Part shown: one piece after another, positions 62,601-64,000 of the stretch | Layout of the letters: each line of letters begins with the position of its first letter | Numbering within the stretch: position 1 is the first letter of the stretch | Assembly: GCA_030704615.1 (NCBI GenBank) | Contig: CM060731.1 | Coordinates: forward strand, 78,182,001-78,246,000 | Direction of reading: 5' to 3' | Length of the DNA stretch: 64,000 nt | Origin: Takakia lepidozioides | Lineage: Eukaryota > Plantae > Bryophyta | Notes under the pieces: generated by a model | Database searches by the model: none | What the model was told of the DNA's origin: nothing | Seen by the model: only the letters and a program-made list of their open reading frames with translations | Program-made: the position numbers and the translations under genes

Positions 62601-63371
62601 ACCCGCAACCGTCTCAAAGCTTTCGAGTTGAGAGACTATCAGACCCTACCTTTGTTTTCTTTAGTGTTCAGTGAGCGGGAGATAGCAGAGTGTTGCTTTG
62701 TCTCTACCTGGCAGAAAGAGGAGGAGGGTTGGTTAGAGCGAGCTACTGTAGCTTGGGACAAGGTTAGTGGCAGGTTTCTGGACATAGATATATCTCCTAC
62801 ACCTTACCATCAAGCAGAGCGAGGCACTTTGAGAGAAGTCTGGAAGTTGATAGCATAGATCAGGATTAGATCTTGCTTGGGCGGGCTTCTATTCTTCCCC
62901 TCCATCTCTGTACTATTTTCATTACCTTGTACTTGTAGTTGCCAAAGCCTCTCTTGGTGGAGGCCAGTCAGTCCGGGGTTTTGGGCTGGGATATTCTGCA
63001 GGATCAGCGTTGCTGCTGGATTTTGGTGTGGGGGTGTTGATGTTTTGATTTCTTGTGTTTGGATCCCCCCCAACACCTGCATGCTTGACTGTGCGCCATG
63101 TTGGTTTTGTGTGGGCGCTTGCTTTCATAGGGATTAGGCCGGATTTGATCACCGGTCAATCCTAGAGTATGCTGTCGGTGGTGAGGCTGGAGTGATGACC
63201 AGCAAGACCACCAGTGTTTCTTCTATGGTGAGGCTGGGTTGATGACCAGCCAACCATATGAGTTCTTGCGGTGGATGCAGGTGCAGGTGCCCTGAGCCAT
63301 TGGGATATGACCCTTAGACTGCAACAGGTGCCCACCCGTGTCACTATTAGATTAGTACTAGAGCCTTATAG

Positions 63372-64000
63372 TGTCACGTGGAGGAGGTGCACATTGTGAG
63401 TGTCATTACGGAGTTACCCAAGGGTTTTGAGGGGAGTACGGCTACAAGGAGTGACAGTGAGAGTGGGTTCATAAGACGAGGTATTCGGTTCAGACCACCT
63501 TCACCGCCACCCTCAACTACTGTAGAGTCAGACACAGACTCGGAGGCTTCATCAACAGGTGTGCACTTTCATTCGCCATTGTTGTGGGACGACATGGAGG
63601 AGATGTATGGAGCTACCAAGGGGCCTCGTAGGTACTCTGGAGCTGTGGGCACAATTGAGTTGGATGACTTTATCCAGGAGTTCGACAGCTGGTGTGATTT
63701 GCAGCAGATGCGCAATCCACAGCTATTCACCCCATTCATGGCGTGGAAGGGACTGTTCCAGCATTTGGAAGGCCCGCCTATGGACGATTACCACGAGTTC
63801 AGGCGAGGACATGAAGCAGAGATTGAGGAGTGGAGGATGTATTGGTCACCTGACTACGTCTCCATTACTCGAGGCACGACGCGACCAGTAGCTGCATCAG
63901 TACCAATAGCTCCCACTGCCAGCACTAGTAGTGGAGCAAGTAGTGCTGGTACTTCTGCAGGTGGTACCAGTTCAAAAGGTGCTACTACTCCTCCTGCCAC
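63372..64000 (+). CDS. Retrotransposon Gag-like ORF running off the right edge (first ATG 63594)
   Basis: GPRRYSGAVGTIELDDFIQEFDSWC...LFQHLEGPPMDDY resembles a Ty3/gypsy capsid N-terminus. Preceded by ...GCAACA GGTGCCCACC, a possible LTR end/PBS near 63325. Confidence 0.6.

Overview
Eukaryotic land-plant DNA (spliceosomal introns, plant gene families, TTTAGGG repeats), most likely a non-seed plant, although the species cannot be fixed from the sequence. The left edge holds the 5' end of a cytosolic glucose-6-phosphate dehydrogenase gene. Next come decayed LBD, F-box and PPR fragments and a young, nearly intact chromoviral Ty3/gypsy element (711-bp LTRs, GAAGG target duplication). The core (about 15.6-50 kb) is the unusual part. 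Two convergent Crinkler/RHS-like genes share a homologous 259-nt header exon but have different C-terminal modules (NTPase+REase versus REase+kinase). They are interleaved with endonuclease-less Penelope-like retroelements. The Penelope terminal repeats carry a TATA box, a type I hammerhead ribozyme (intact at 16927-16966) and short telomeric-repeat ends. A roughly 5-6 kb block (Penelope RT, SINE, Crinkler module, telomere-ended repeat) occurs twice as an inverted duplication around a second, decayed gypsy element. The right part holds an L1 fragment, CACTA remnants, a prokaryote-type N4C/N6A DNA methyltransferase fragment and the start of another gag. All calls are by eye from motifs; no database searches were run.
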